64,000 nt of DNA, from assembly GCA_030704615.1 (NCBI GenBank), contig CM060731.1, forward strand, positions 43,834,001 to 43,898,000, in the 5' to 3' direction. How positions within the stretch are numbered: position 1 is the stretch's first letter; every line of letters starts with the position of its first letter. The notes under the pieces were generated by a model, which did no database searches, was not told the DNA's origin, and saw only the letters and a program-made list of their open reading frames with translations. The DNA is from Takakia lepidozioides. Its lineage: Eukaryota; Plantae; Bryophyta. Below, one piece after another: positions 27,401-40,705 of this stretch. The position numbers and the translations under genes are program-made.

Positions 27401-28667
27401 AGCTCTACGTTGGTGGCTTATTTTTGTACTAGAAATTTCTTTATAAGAGGATATCATATGTTGCATGACCTTGTCGACTCTGATTTTACGTTTGGTGATA
27501 ATGAGCATGGACGATATGTGAGGTATAAATCGTTCTAGATGACATATTATTATTTAGCTTAAGGACAAAAAGTTAAGAGCTTATTCTCATAATACTGAAA
27601 CCGAAGTGTGGCCTGCTTGTAACACTATATAATATCTTACTTCAGAGCACAGATTTTGCTTTCCAGATTTAAAGAAGATGAGCTAATTCTCTTGGTTCCT
27701 GCAGCTCTCTCTTCTCTCTTCACACCATGAAATTCATGCTTTTGAGGTTTTTGCAAATGCAGTGAGATTATCAAATTAACACATATATGTACTAGTCATA
27801 GATCCCTACAGATGTATACCTATCAATCTAAAGAAAAGGCATTGAAACGCAAAATGGTTGAGGCTAGAGAACCAAAAGCCTGGGATATTCTGGAAATGGC
27901 AGGCACGTCCTCTGCATCACTATCATGATCATCCTTCTCTATCGAAATGACATCAGATCGGTATCTTTTGCCCTCCCAATAAGTGGCATGAAGATTTTAA
28001 GATTTCAACTTGCTGGGGACCAATATAAATATGGCACACATCACTTCCTCGACCTTCGCAATGAACCTCCTGCAACGCTGCAACGCCCGGTCTACTCGGG
28101 TGCATGGCTTCGCCGTCCTCAATGACCTTGACCAGAAGCGCATGAGTAAAATTGACATATCCGCGAAATCGAGAGAAAACTTCATTACGGTCATAATTAG
28201 ACCTGATAAATGTAAGACAATGTCATAGATAACCTATTTCTTACACATTCTTCTACTCTATATTTGTCAATTCTTTATCGATAAATCAAACAACAATAAA
28301 AAAAGATGACACCTCCTAAAAGAAGCGTCTTCACTGACGACATTCAAATTTGATACTAATGATCAAGTGATTGTTTTAATCTCGATGATGTATCTCGATG
28401 ATGTATCAACAAACTAGCTATCACATTTCATTCATCATCTTCATAATAAGGAGGGCTGGACCGACGTACTGAACACAGACATCCAACAATATAGTCTGAG
28501 CCATCCAGATTGGGAGACCTAGTTAACACCAGGCGTAGCAGGCCAAATCCGGTGACCAACCTCCCATCGCTCTACCCGGATAGTCCCCAAATTATTGCTG
28601 ATGTGTTTTGTGTTTGTTTATTTAATCTGTCAGATCTCATTTTAATTTTACTAGTTGTGGTTAATAC

Positions 28668-29740
28668 ACTTACCAGTCACGAAACACCGCACAGTTTCGC
28701 ACGAAGTATCCACCTCACATGCACAACAAACATCATCCCTCACGTTCTTGCTCATATTTGAAGTCGTCCTAGTGGGTTCAAAGGTTCTCCCTCCACCCTC
28801 CCTTAACCAAAATTTGAGATCTACTCTGAGCATTTCCAGAGACTTGGAAACGCCAACTTCCACAACAAAAAGCCAATCAGTATCCAGAGCACAAGAAGCA
28901 TTAGTCCAGCAGACTCATGGGCTAAGCCCACCATGAACTTGACAATCATCGACTCATCTGACTTATCATAAAGAAGAGAAATGTGAGGTAGGCTGCAGCT
29001 CCTACTCTCACGCAGGCTATCAATAGCCTCAAAATCCCCAAGCGAAACTCCAATATAGGAGGAGCGGGGGATATTACCTCAGCCGGTATAATTAGGGTCG
29101 CGACGGATATTTTCATGTCATTGTCTTCTCTCTTCCACCGTCATGGAACGTTTGGAGGGATAACTTGTGAAAGAAGATGAAGGCGAATAAATAGTAAAAT
29201 TGTGCGGAAAGAAGGGTAATTGCTTGTATTGTCTTTTGAATAGACATGCTAACAACCGACAACACATAATTTAGCCTCTTCAACAATATGGTCAGAAATA
29301 AATACTTTTGTTGGTCTTGTTGGCGATTTGGAAAGAGTTGATGCGGCCCTGGCAGCACCAGGGAAGGAGGGTGGATTGCGGAAACTGTTAGGCTGGTTTA
29401 GGACGTCGTTCAAGAGGAAACAACTTTTGCGGGAGAGGGAAGTACTTGTGGAAAGGGTTTCACTCTATGTTTTGCATACCTCTTTGGTGAATGCGATAGG
29501 GCATGGTGGGGCCACAAGCATCTGAATCTGCGAAGGTTTTGAGTCACATTGACAAGAAGCTTGATGACTTGCGTAAGTCTTTTGCTAGACGTAATGAGAT
29601 AAACCGCATGGTATTAAGGACTCACTTTGAACCCACTAGGACGAGTACAAATCTGAGCAAGAACGTGAAGGATGCTATTTTTTGTGCATATGAGGTGGAT
29701 ACGTCATGCAAAACTGTGCAGTGTTTCGTGACTGGTAAGT
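28668..29740. pseudogene. Head-to-head pair of paralogous exon fragments (28668-28783 on -, 29625-29740 on +)
   Basis: Both encode FEPTRT..N.SKNV.D...CA.EVDTSC.TV.CFVTG and end at the same GTAAGT donor. Product unknown. Confidence 0.55.
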
Positions 29741-32700
29741 TTAGATCATTGTAAATTTTGTTCATCCTATGATGTCTTGTACAAAAATAAACATTTTCAG
29801 TACAAATGACCAAATAAAAAGGAAAATGGTACACACATGTAATTGCATACTCTAGTTTGTTCAAGAACACAACGACTATGTCTTCAAGAACCATAGTCTT
29901 ATGACGGTCTGCTCACATTTGCAGTGGTGGTTGTTGGTGTGAATAGCTGGATGATATACAAGTACATCGATAACATATCAATTGCTGCAAAACCGCAAAA
30001 CCACTTGAGCTTTTAGCTTCTGATAAATCTGATGATCACATTTGATCTCCTCAAGAGCTCCTCATACTAACATTCACTGAGTCATTTTTATTGCATTATC
30101 TATGATAATTCTTAAGAAATTGATCATTTTTTTTTAACATGTGTTAGATTATTTTTTAGTGCAATGGATTGTTTATCATGACGTATTCATACTCTCAGAG
30201 AGCATGACCGAGGCACTTTAGGATATTATGCCAAATGGCTTGACCGAAGTGTAGGGATTTGTTTTTGGATATTTCCATTTATAATGCATCATAAAGATTT
30301 GTTTGTTTATCTTGTTCATAATCATTGGAGTGGTCAAATAATTCATCCAAAAATCCCACGAGACATTCGTCGCACATATTCATTGGCGGAAAGACGTACA
30401 CAGCCATGGCCAGAAAAAATCAACTCATTACTAATAATAAGTAATTAATTTAAAATGACTATGGTCATTGAATGGTTGCTATTCAATGTAAGTTGTGGGT
30501 TTCCAAAGACAGAGAAGAATAGCCCAAATATCACAAGGGCACTTAAAATCAGTCTCATTTGGGTTCTCATTGAACATGCCTTATTGACACCGAATTGGAT
30601 GATGTGACCTTACAAATATGCATCTAGGCGACTGTCATAAGGCACCCTCTTAGTGGGAGTCATAGAGGTCTCAATGTGAAGGATTTTAAGGTCTTTTGTA
30701 CCGCCACCCCCTCATTAATTAAATCAATCACTCAATCAATATTTGAAAAACAATAGTGAGGACCAAGGGAAGCATTGAAAACTATGAGCAACCCGACGGG
30801 TTCTCCATCTTCCTAGAACTAACTTGCCAAAAACAAGAAGAAAGGCGCACTTGGATCTTTATTTCGTATTCATTATAAGAACACCAAAGTATATAGTGTT
30901 CTATCACATTATGTCATGTGTGACTGACTGCCCATTGCCGCTATAAAATGATTCTAATTACCTGAAATATCATGTGTACCAGTAGAGTTTCTACGAGGTG
31001 GTTGGATGGGCAACGATCCCGAAATGTCGGAAGTAGTTGTGCCTCAGCCACCAAACAATAACTTCATGATGATAAACTAAATACTGATAAGCTATGAAAT
31101 AAACTATATTATGAAACAATCAACACCTATGTATTAATTTGGATCGGTGAAATTATTTATAACTGAAATGAAATATGTATCTATGTTTGTCTATGATTTG
31201 ATCATGACCAAACTCGCGTAATATAATCATTTATCTCCAAAGTTTTACAAAGGATAAAATAGACAATCTCGTACTAATATACAAATCGTAAGGTTGATTT
31301 CTGTTGTGAATTTATGTTATGATGGTAGTCATAAAATCAATATGCTTCTACAATATAACTTCAAAGCATCAACCATTCCAAAATCTTAGATAGTACAATT
31401 TTAACAACCGAGTGAAATATTCTTGATGATCGAATATGCTTATAAGATATTCGTCGCTCTTTGTGTTCCTCTATTTTCATCAATCATGTCTCATTTATTC
31501 AATTTTTCTGAAAAAAACAATGGGATAAAGGAAGGTCGATAGAGCCCTCAAAAAATTTTATTTTAAAATATTTTATGAGAAACAATTAAATTGTTGTGGC
31601 GTGAAGGTCATACACATCAAAGATAGTGCAAGGCACATCACTTGCGCAAGAAAAAAACAATATAGAAGCAAAAGCCCACTTGAAAGCAATTTTCAGACAA
31701 GGTTTGTTTGATATCAAAATCAGTATCCGCCGGGCGCTCTCGATTCATGCTGACATGAAGGCTAATCCATGACAACCAACTCACGAGATCAGTACGCCAT
31801 CAAATCAAGGGAGGTGGACCTCCTCTTGTGTGAATAGATGCAATGGCTTAAATTTGCTTTTATCTACAACATCAAAAACATTCATAACCATATCGAAAAC
31901 TAGTAGACATAAACCCATAACGACGGTCATTATAAAAGTTCGACTAAATGACCAAAATTTCTGAAGACAAAAATTGACCATGCGAAGACTGCAGCGCATA
32001 TCAAAAACTTCCCTCGGAATACATGATGATGGAGTTGTCCTAACAACTCTGTCACAGGCTCTGGTAGAGCCATCGTGGGCAAGTCTGTCAATTTCAATTT
32101 CTTACGACGTTTTCAAGGGCCATATGATAACCCACCTCCAAACCTATGTATTTTCATTAATTTTGTCATCCATATAGGCCAAATTTTGATTGGTCATTTC
32201 AATCCAACAGATGTGCCCGTTGATGGTAATTATATTAATGGGTGTGTCTGTTCAATTTTCCCTCAATGTCCCAAACACTTGTTTTTGCAAAACTGCAAAA
32301 AAACTTAACCTCCAACCACATAAAGGTTCACAACTTCCTGAATTTCTCATATCCATGAAATCCGACCGTATAGAAGATGAGTAATCTTGGTAAACATCAC
32401 CTCACAAAATTGCAGAATTTGAGAGATGACTAGAGTTCACTAGTACAAATACAAATAACATTTCTCAGAAGTTTTATGGTACCGTAAAAACGTAAAAACC
32501 TCCAAATATTTGTTTAGTGTATTTCTGGAGGGCCTTGAATTTCATAATTTCCCGCTTTTCCTGTTACCATAGAGCCCATCGGTTGGCCCATAATCTCAGA
32601 TTACAGGCAGATAGGCAGGTACCTTGTTTCTCACACAGTCTTACATGTAGGTTTTACGTGAGTTAGGCGTCACCTTTGAACAGATCTGAACCATCCAGAA

Positions 32701-32849
32701 AAAAGATCGAGGGTTTCAAAATATTTTGAGGTGTTTTACATCAGGTAAAGTCCTCAGTGCAAAACTTTATCTAATACAGAAATTCTGGTCTCTCATTGAA
32801 TTTCCTAAAATAAAAGTTTTTTCAAGCCTTAAGTTTTGGGAGCACAGCA

Positions 32850-33555
32850 TGTCGCGGCTCTTTGCCTTGAGGGCAGGGGGTCGGGACACAAGAGGGGCTG
32901 CCCCTGTGGTGGGGGCAGTGGCAACAATAGGTACGGGGGCTGAAGTACCCTTGAGTGCCCAAGGCACTCAAGGAGGCGAAGGCGCTCACTAGGTGGAGCC
33001 CCGCACACCGGGTTGCGGTGGGGGTGGTTCCATGAGGGGTGGTGGTAGCTTAGTGGGTCTTAGTGGGGGTGGCATAGGACTCACCATGGGGCGGAGACCT
33101 TGTGGTGGGAGTCGTGGGGAGTCTTGGGACTCATCACGGTCCATTGGGGCCATGGTGGGTGGGCTCACCGGGAGTCAAGGGTCTTCGTGGTGGTTCGCCA
33201 TAAAAGGACGGTGTTGTTTGTGAAACCTCCGCGGACAGTCACATAAGTATATATAAGGAGTAGTAACCCCGAGAACGGTGCAAACCCGTTGGTGACCAAA
33301 AACTAGTGAGTAAGCATGCGAGCCGGAATGCGACCAAGGTGTGGGGAGCTGTTCTGGACTGCCAACAACCAAAGGGAATTTCCACTAGGCCCAGAGTGAG
33401 CGAGGGTCTTGTGGAGGAGCAAAGGGGGACCGTTATGTCCCAGTGAGCAGCCGAAGCTCCGAGTTGGCCCAGCGGCCAGTTTGGGAGTTAGGCGCGCGGA
33501 TCAAAGCGAGTAACTATGACGTGAAAGGGAGCTTACCGAAGAGCGGTGCGCGACA
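32850..33555 (+). repeat. 5' LTR of the Gypsy element (706 bp)
   Basis: Begins TGTCGCG and ends CGCGACA (7-bp terminal inverted repeat). TATA-like TATATATAA at ~33248. Followed after 2 nt by the PBS. The 3' LTR is outside the window. Confidence 0.8.
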
Positions 33556-33557
33556 TT

Positions 33558-33569
33558 TGGTATCAGAGC
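33558..33569 (+). other. Primer binding site complementary to initiator tRNA-Met
   Basis: TGGTATCAGAGC immediately after the LTR end. Confidence 0.9.
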
Positions 33570-33610
33570 TTAGAGTTCAATACACGATCTTCCTTGAGAT
33601 TGGCCTCATC

Positions 33611-34308
33611 ATGGGGTCGAGCAAGACAAAGCGAAAGCGGAATGGCCCGAAAGATGATGATCCTGGTGAGCCCGGTGGGGGTGACGTGTCACCGAAGCGA
33701 CAATTGGAAAAGGTGATTCATGCTTCTGAAAGCGAGGCCGCTCAAGAACGGGAGGATTTTTGGGAGTCGGAGCCCAAGGACTTCCCAGAAGCTCCGCCAA
33801 ACCAACAGATGTCTCCCATGCCAGCAGCTTTTTGGGAAGGGTTGTTGGCGCAGTTTGGCGGGACGTTGAAAGACGCGTTGATGGCAGCTAATGCTACTTC
33901 CACTAAGGCAAAGTTTAAGGTGAAGCCTAAGGAACCCGGTACCTTTGAGGGCGTCCGAAATCGGAAGGCACTCAACACCTGGCTATTGGAGCTAGAGCAA
34001 TACTTTCGGGCGGCCAAGTTGAATGACAAAGATCAGGTGGAAGTGGCTCCCACCTATTTGAGGGGCTATGCTCAACAATGGTGGCAGCAACGCCTTCATG
34101 ACCAAGGTCCAAACCCAGAAACCTTGAGCTAGACTGGGTTCAAGGAACTTATGAAAAGATAGTTTGTGCCCCTCAACGCGTCTTGGCTTGCCCAAGACAA
34201 GAAGAGGAATTTGAAGCAAACGGATGACATTCGGGGATATGGTCAAGCTTTCAATGTGCTGTTGCTCGAAGTCGTGGATATGGCAGAACCTGAAGTGGTA
34301 TTCGAACC
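33611..34308 (+). pseudogene. Gypsy gag, N-terminal part (in-frame stops, interrupted by the TIR element)
   Basis: KPKEPGTFEGVRNRKALNTWLLELEQYF...YLRGYAQQWW...LKQTDDIRGY retrotransposon gag motifs. Confidence 0.85.
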
Positions 34309-36725
34309 TGGGGGGTGCACTCCAGCCAATATGTACCAGCCACGTGTGTGCACAGGAGGGGGTATTTTAAACCCCTCCATGTACAACCCTTGTCAATATG
34401 TATGTTAAGTGTCGAGCATCAGGGATGCTCACCAAGTGTTCAACAGAATGCCTCAATGATCTTTGATCATGTGGAATATTACGTTGGTCGAAGGATTTAC
34501 CAAGCATAGGTGTGGTAGGAATGTTTTGGAGACATATGAGCAAATGATATGCGAAGCGGTGAAGCCCAACCACATCACATTTGTTTGTGTTTGCAATGCG
34601 TGTGCAAGCCAGGGAGCTCTGGAAAAGAGGAAAGAGGTCCATAGTGACATTGTCAAAGACTAGAATTGTACCAGATGTCATCCTGAACACTGCCCTGGTG
34701 GACATGTTTGCCAAATGTGGGTGCATGAAGGATGTGAGGAGAGTTTTCAACACTATGGCTGAACGAGATGTGGTGTTGTGGAACATGATGCTTGCAGGGT
34801 ATGCATAGCAGAGGCATGAGATGGAGGCTTTGGAGACCTATGAGCAAACGATGGGGGAAGGGGTGAAGCCTAACCACATCGGAAGGCATTTTAGTAGATT
34901 CAGATATGTATGTCTGTCTCTTGCTTAAGTGCATCAATGGAAGGTCTGGAAGCTGGAAAGCAGGTGCATACTCACCTTATCCAAAGTGGATTCATGTCAA
35001 ATATTTTTCTACTCAACACCCTTGTCAACATGTATGTTAAGTGCGGGAGCATCATCGGTGCTCACCAAGTGTTCAACAGAATGCCTCAACGATCTTTGAT
35101 CACGTGGAATATAATGTTGGTAGGATGCAATGCGTGTGCAAGCCTGGGAGCTCTGGAAAAGGGGAAAGAGGTCTATGGGACATTGACAAAGCTGGAATTG
35201 TACCAGATGTCATTATGAACACTGCCCCGGTGGACATGTTTGCCGAATGTGGGTGCATTAAGGACGTGAGGGGAGTTTTCAACACTCTGGCTGAACGAGA
35301 TGTGGTGTCGTGGAACGTGATGCTTGCAGGGTATGCACAACAGGGGCACGAGATGGCTCGGCTTTGGAGACCTATGAGCAAATGATGGGGGGAGGGGTGA
35401 AGCCTAACCACATCGCAAGGCATTTCAGCAGATTCAGATATGTATGTCTGTCTCTTGCTTAAGTGCATCAAGATGGAAGGTCTGGAAGCTGGAAAGCAAG
35501 TGCATACTCATGTTATCCAAAGTGGATTCACGTCAAATGTTTTTCTACTCAACACCCTTGTCAACATTTATGTTAAGTGCGGGAGCATCATCGATGCTCA
35601 CCAAGTGTTCAACATAATGCCTCAACGATCTTTGATCACGTGGAATTATAATATTGTTGGCAGGATGCCTTCAGGATGCAATGCGTGTGCAAGCCTGGGA
35701 GCTCTGGAAAAGGGGAAAGGGGTCCATGGTGACATTGTCAAAGCTGGAATTGTACCAGATGTCATTCTGAACACTGCCCTAGTAGACATGTATGCCAAAC
35801 GTGGGCGCATTAAGGATGCAAAGGGAGTTTCCAACACTATGGCTGAACGAGACGTGGTGTCATGGAACGCGATGCTTACAGGGTATGCACAGCAAAGACG
35901 TGGTATGGAGGCTTTGGAGACCTATGAGCAAATGGTGTGCGAAGGGGTGAAGCCCGCGCTTTGCATTGCATGATGTTGAGGAAGATCTTAAAGAATTGTC
36001 TCTTTGCCACCACAATGAGAAGCTGGCCATTGCTTTTGCTTTTGCATTCTTTGCCAGCTGCGAGTCAGGTTGGACTCCAACAGTGGTAGCAAAGGTGCAT
36101 GAAATCTTTTCGGAGAGGAATTCTCAACAATAGGTTTTGAACATAATTGGACCTTGCGAAGGTTGAAACTGTAGAACAAGTTCAGAAACTGTCCTAGTTG
36201 ATGAACAAAGGTGCAGTGACTAAGGTCTTGATGGTCCTCAAGCGAGTCACTCTCTGATGAAAATACCCAGGACTGTGTATTAGAAAATGAAAACTTTCTT
36301 CTTGCACATTGGGCATTGACAATGTCCATTTTCTCTCTGCATCTGTTTATTCCAGAGTAAGACATTTGATATCAGCTTGACGATTCCATACCAAGTCTTT
36401 AATAATTTTATCGAGGGCAAACAATTTTTTTTTAATTAATTCATTAGTATTATGTTCTTAAATGAATAAAGTTGATATAATATAAAAAATATACATATAC
36501 ATATTTGAGGGTATTTCTTAATGATTGAAAAAAGAAATATACATATAGAAAGGGGTATTTTTTAAAGATCATAAATTTCTATATATTTACTGGAGGGGAT
36601 TTTATAATCTTCAAAATGTATGTACAGAGGGGGTATAAATGATCCAATGACCCGTATACATGGGGTTTTTTTATTAGGCGACGCACGCACGTGATACGGA
36701 CATTTTATAAAGAGTGCACCCCCTA
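34309..36725 (+). mobile_element. Non-autonomous TIR DNA element (hAT-like termini) carrying PPR/DYW gene fragments (Pack-type)
   Basis: Left end TGGGGGGTGCACTC (34309-34322) matches the reverse complement of the right end, TAGGGGGTGCACTC (36712-36725), at 13/14. Partial similarity extends ~40 bp, with subterminal GAGGGGGTAT-like motifs. No transposase and no TSD recognised. Confidence 0.75.
34385..36037 (+). pseudogene. PLS-class PPR fragments in three tandem blocks, ending in a truncated DYW-domain fragment
   Basis: NTLVNMYVKCGSII.AHQVF, NTALVDM(F/Y)AKCG...ERDVVSWN.MLAGYA and EGVKPNHITFV motifs, with blocks starting ~34385, 35015 and 35552. 35966-36037 encodes LHDVEEDLKELSLCHHNEKLAIAF. Stops and frameshifts present. 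Confidence 0.85.
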
Positions 36726-38784
36726 GGAAGGAAAATCAGGTGCGGCGGCTTATGGCGGACAGAAGACGACCTTCGATGGAGTGTGCTTTAATTGCGGGGA
36801 GCCCGGGCATATGGCCAAGAAGTGCGCGAAACCCCAACAATTGAACATGACTCGGGCGACCACGGAGCTGTCCGAAGATTCCATCAGCCGCTTGGTGGAA
36901 GCGGTGGTTGCCAAGACTTGCAAGGTAGGCAACTACTCTTGTGAGTTGTATCAGGAGACTAGCCCCTTGCGTAAAGGGAGTCAGTTAATGTTCGTGAGTG
37001 GGATAATTTCCGGAAGTAACGTGTCGTTGTTGGTGGACACAATAGCGTCGCACTCCTTCATGACACCGACAATGGCACGGAAGCTGGGGCTCCCGACAAG
37101 TGATGTGGGGGCGTTCTGCCAAAAGAGAACCACAACTGGCGACGAGGTTGGCGTTCGATGTTTCTCTTCAGCTCGGGAGTTGGGAGGGACGTGAGAACTT
37201 CACCATTTGCGAGATCGATGGAGTGGATCTCATTTTGGGAATGACCTTTTTGAGCAAATCCGGAGCGGTCATAGATGGCCACAAGAGAGTAGTCACGTTA
37301 CCGTGTGGGAATGGTGGCGAAGTTTTACGGGTGTCGGAAACGCCCAACCGAGTGGGAGGGCGAATAAACCTGCTGACAGCAAAGGAGTGGGCCGTGGAGG
37401 AGCCACACAAACCCCAATTTTTGCTTTACGTAAGACAAGTGGAAGGAGAAGTCAATAAGGAGCCAAGCCCAGATTGGATAAGGGGGATCCTGAGAAATAC
37501 CAGGATGTGATGCCGGAGGATTTACCAAACTGTTTGCCACCGCAAAGAGAAGTTGATCACAAGATAGAGGTGATACCGGGATCGGAGCCGCCTGCCAAGG
37601 CGCCCTACCGGTTGAGCCATAGAAAGTTGGTCGAGCTGAAGGCCCAGCTCAAGGATCTAATGTCAAAGGGGTACATCCGGCCGAGTAAGTCATCTTACGG
37701 AGCCCCGGTGCTATTCGCAGACAAGAAAGATGGGACGCTGCGGATGTGTGCCGATTACAGGGCTCTAAATAAGGTGACTATCAAAAACCGGTACCCTTTG
37801 CCAAGGATCGACGACCTCTTCGATCGGTTGGCAAAAGCAAAGTATTTCAGCCGGATCGATTTACGCTCATGTTACCATCAAATCCGAGTGGCGGAAGGAG
37901 ATGAGGAGAAGACCGCGTGTAAGACAAAATATGGTTCATATGAGTTCTTGGTGATGCCTTTTGGGCTCATCAACGCACCTGCGACCTTTAGCACGCTAAT
38001 GAACAGCCTTTTCCAAGAGTGGTTGGATGACTTTGTGATCCTGTACATCGATGACATATTAGTGTATTCGAAAACGAAGGAAGAGCACCTGGAGCACCTC
38101 AAAAGGGTGTTCCAGAAATTGCGGGAAGGGAAGCTGTATGCCTAAGCTTTGAAGTGCGAATTTGGGGTCACAAAAGTGGAGTTCCTAGGGCATGTGATTA
38201 CACAGGATGGGATCAAAATGGATGACAGAAAGGTGAGGGTGATCTTGGACTAGGAGCCTCCGACTTCGGTCCCGGGAGTGCGATCCTTCCTAGGACTCGC
38301 CTCCTATTACCGAAAGTATGTGGAAAATTTCGCCAAGATCACGGGGCTGTTGTCAGACCTTCTGTGTAAATCCAAGATATGGGTATGGAACACCTTTTGT
38401 GGCCAAGCTTTTGCCGAGTTGAAGCAGCGGATGGCGGAAGTTCCAGTCCTGAAAATCCTAGAGTTCGACCGTCCATTTGAGATTCATACAGATGCGTCGG
38501 ACTTCGCAATTGGGGATGTGCTCATGCAGGATGGACGTCCAGTGGCTTACGAAAGTAAGAAACTGAATGAAGTAGAGCGACGGTGGCCTATACACGAGAA
38601 AGAAATGAAGGCGGTGGTACATTGCTTTGAGCTATGGCGCCACTATGTTGGTTCCAACCCCGGTGAAGGTGTTCACGGACAATGTCACGGTGAAGTATTT
38701 TGCCACACAGCCTAAGTTGTCCCCAAAACAACTTAGGTGGCAAGACACTTTGGCAGTGTTCGACGTGGATATCCACTACAAACC
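36726..38784 (+). pseudogene. Gypsy gag zinc knuckle, protease, reverse transcriptase and RNase H
   Basis: CFNCGEPGHMAKKC; LLVDTIASHSF; [38 protein letters not shown]; HTDASDFAIG. Several stops and frameshifts. Confidence 0.93.
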
Positions 38785-40140
38785 ACATAGTAGTTCTTTT
38801 ACAGCTTCCTTCAAACCAGGGCGGAGCTCCGCTCTCCCACCACCAACCGCAACTAAATCCGGTAGCACAACAACAGATTGCGGCTATTACGTCTCTGTGT
38901 TATGACTGCAAATGCAGTCATGGAAGTCATTTACGACTTCCTGACTCTGCAGACGTAAAGCCCTAGTCAGTTGTGACATGGCAGATATGACTCTCTAGGC
39001 TGGCTGTGACGTGGCGCCAGAGCATCTGTGGGGGTAGTCATACACGCTGGCATTACAGAATGACTGAACGGACAGTGTAGTCCATGTCAGCCGCGGTGTA
39101 AGGCAGACACGTGCTAGCTACATAACATGCCACGTGTCAGACTGCGACGCATCCCTGACTGCCAGCTATGACAGCGAACAAGGGAACTAAACGACAGCAC
39201 GTGTCGCGTCGTAGAAGAAACGCGTGGTGCGACATATCAATGCCACGTGTCACTATGGGGGACGGGGCTTCGCAGTCACAGTCACATGTATGTCTTGATG
39301 GGGGGGGGGAAATTGGTATCAACACGTGGCAACATCTGGGGACACCACGTGCCACGATCGTGTGTGCCCACGTGCTGGACTTTTGGGAGCTGCGGTGGAT
39401 TCTTGCCAGTCATACCTACGACTGGCGCAGTACGGTATATTCCATGATCACCCTTTCCATGAGGACGTTGTAGTCCCACGTGGTGCCACGTGCACGATCC
39501 TCTAAACCTCACGTGCTGCTTCGTAGACATACATTTGACTGGACGTTTTGCATATGGAGTCATAAGACCAACTGCGCGGGGACCTTAGGGGGTCACGTGT
39601 CGGAATGTAATATGCTCATACACGTATCATATTGGGTTCGGTACTCATGGTTATGACTCTGGACGGACACGTGGATATGCCACAGAGACAGCCAATAGGG
39701 TGCCACGTGCATATGCCACACAACATCACAATCATGTATACAGCAAGACTTTAGGCACAGAAGTGGCACAGACGTAATTCTGAAAGAGCACAAATAGCAG
39801 CAACATCACCATCCAGCATCACCATTATCAACCACATTCTCCCAGCAGCAACATTACCAACCATAGTGTGTGCAATGGGGACATACAACCTACCACCACA
39901 TTGCTCATTAATGAGACATAAGTTTGCAACAACATGCATGAGGAAATCCAACATGTGGTTGCTATCAAAATTGGACAGTCAATTCAGAGAATATGTCACT
40001 ACTATAAGTTACCGTAGTTGCCAAATCCGGATGAGGCAGAGGTGGAAATCTGGATAGACAAATTGTTATTAGCTCATTGTAGACCTTGTAGACACAATAC
40101 TTTGCACGATCCGTGTTCCATAATTCTCATGCAATCTGCC

Positions 40141-40443
40141 ATGTTTGGGGTGGGATGGCAGTTCGTGGTGGGAGACCATGTCAAGCTCATAGACACTGTT
40201 TCGCGATCAACAACCGGATCTGGACGCATTGCTGGTCTCCAAGGGATGGAGGTGAGTGACGGGTACCCTGTCGTGCCAGAAGGCTATATGGTCATCCACA
40301 TTGATGATGTCCGCATTCCCAATGCCCCTCTACCATATCACAACAAATCCATGAAGCCTCATCACACTGAGTTGGGAGACACTGTAGGTTACATTACTGT
40401 GTGGAGTGACAAACTAGTGAAGACCTTGCAGACAAAGAGATGA
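40141..40443 (+). CDS. Tnp1/En/Spm (Transposase_23-like) domain exon within the CACTA
   Basis: GSGRIAG...VVPEGYMVIHIDDVRIPNAPLPY...TELGDTVGYITVW resembles the Tnp1/EnSpm C-terminal domain pattern. Confidence 0.5.
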   Translation: MFGVGWQFVVGDHVKLIDTVSRSTTGSGRIAGLQGMEVSDGYPVVPEGYMVIHIDDVRIPNAPLPYHNKSMKPHHTELGDTVGYITVWSDKLVKTLQTKR

Positions 40444-40705
40444 GGCAGGTCGGCACGCATTGTGGATTTCATGGGGAAGGGGAGAATAATAGATGCATAC
40501 ACTTACCCCATTCTGCGAATCAGGGATCAGTGGTGTCGGCTTCCTGAAAAGGTGAAGGTGTGCTGCCCTTTGACTTGGGGGGCCTCGTTCGTGGCCAAGC
40601 ACCTACAACCAACCAACAAGCACCAAAAATGTATTTTGGCATACACTGGGAACTCAAATGACAGTAACACAATAAGATGCACCATTCATTGTCAATGCCT
40701 GCAGT

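Noticed and set aside
34385-36037. Functional PPR-DYW editing gene
   Set aside because: It has multiple stops and frameshifts, no E domains, and the DYW is truncated before CxxC. It also lies inside a TIR element.
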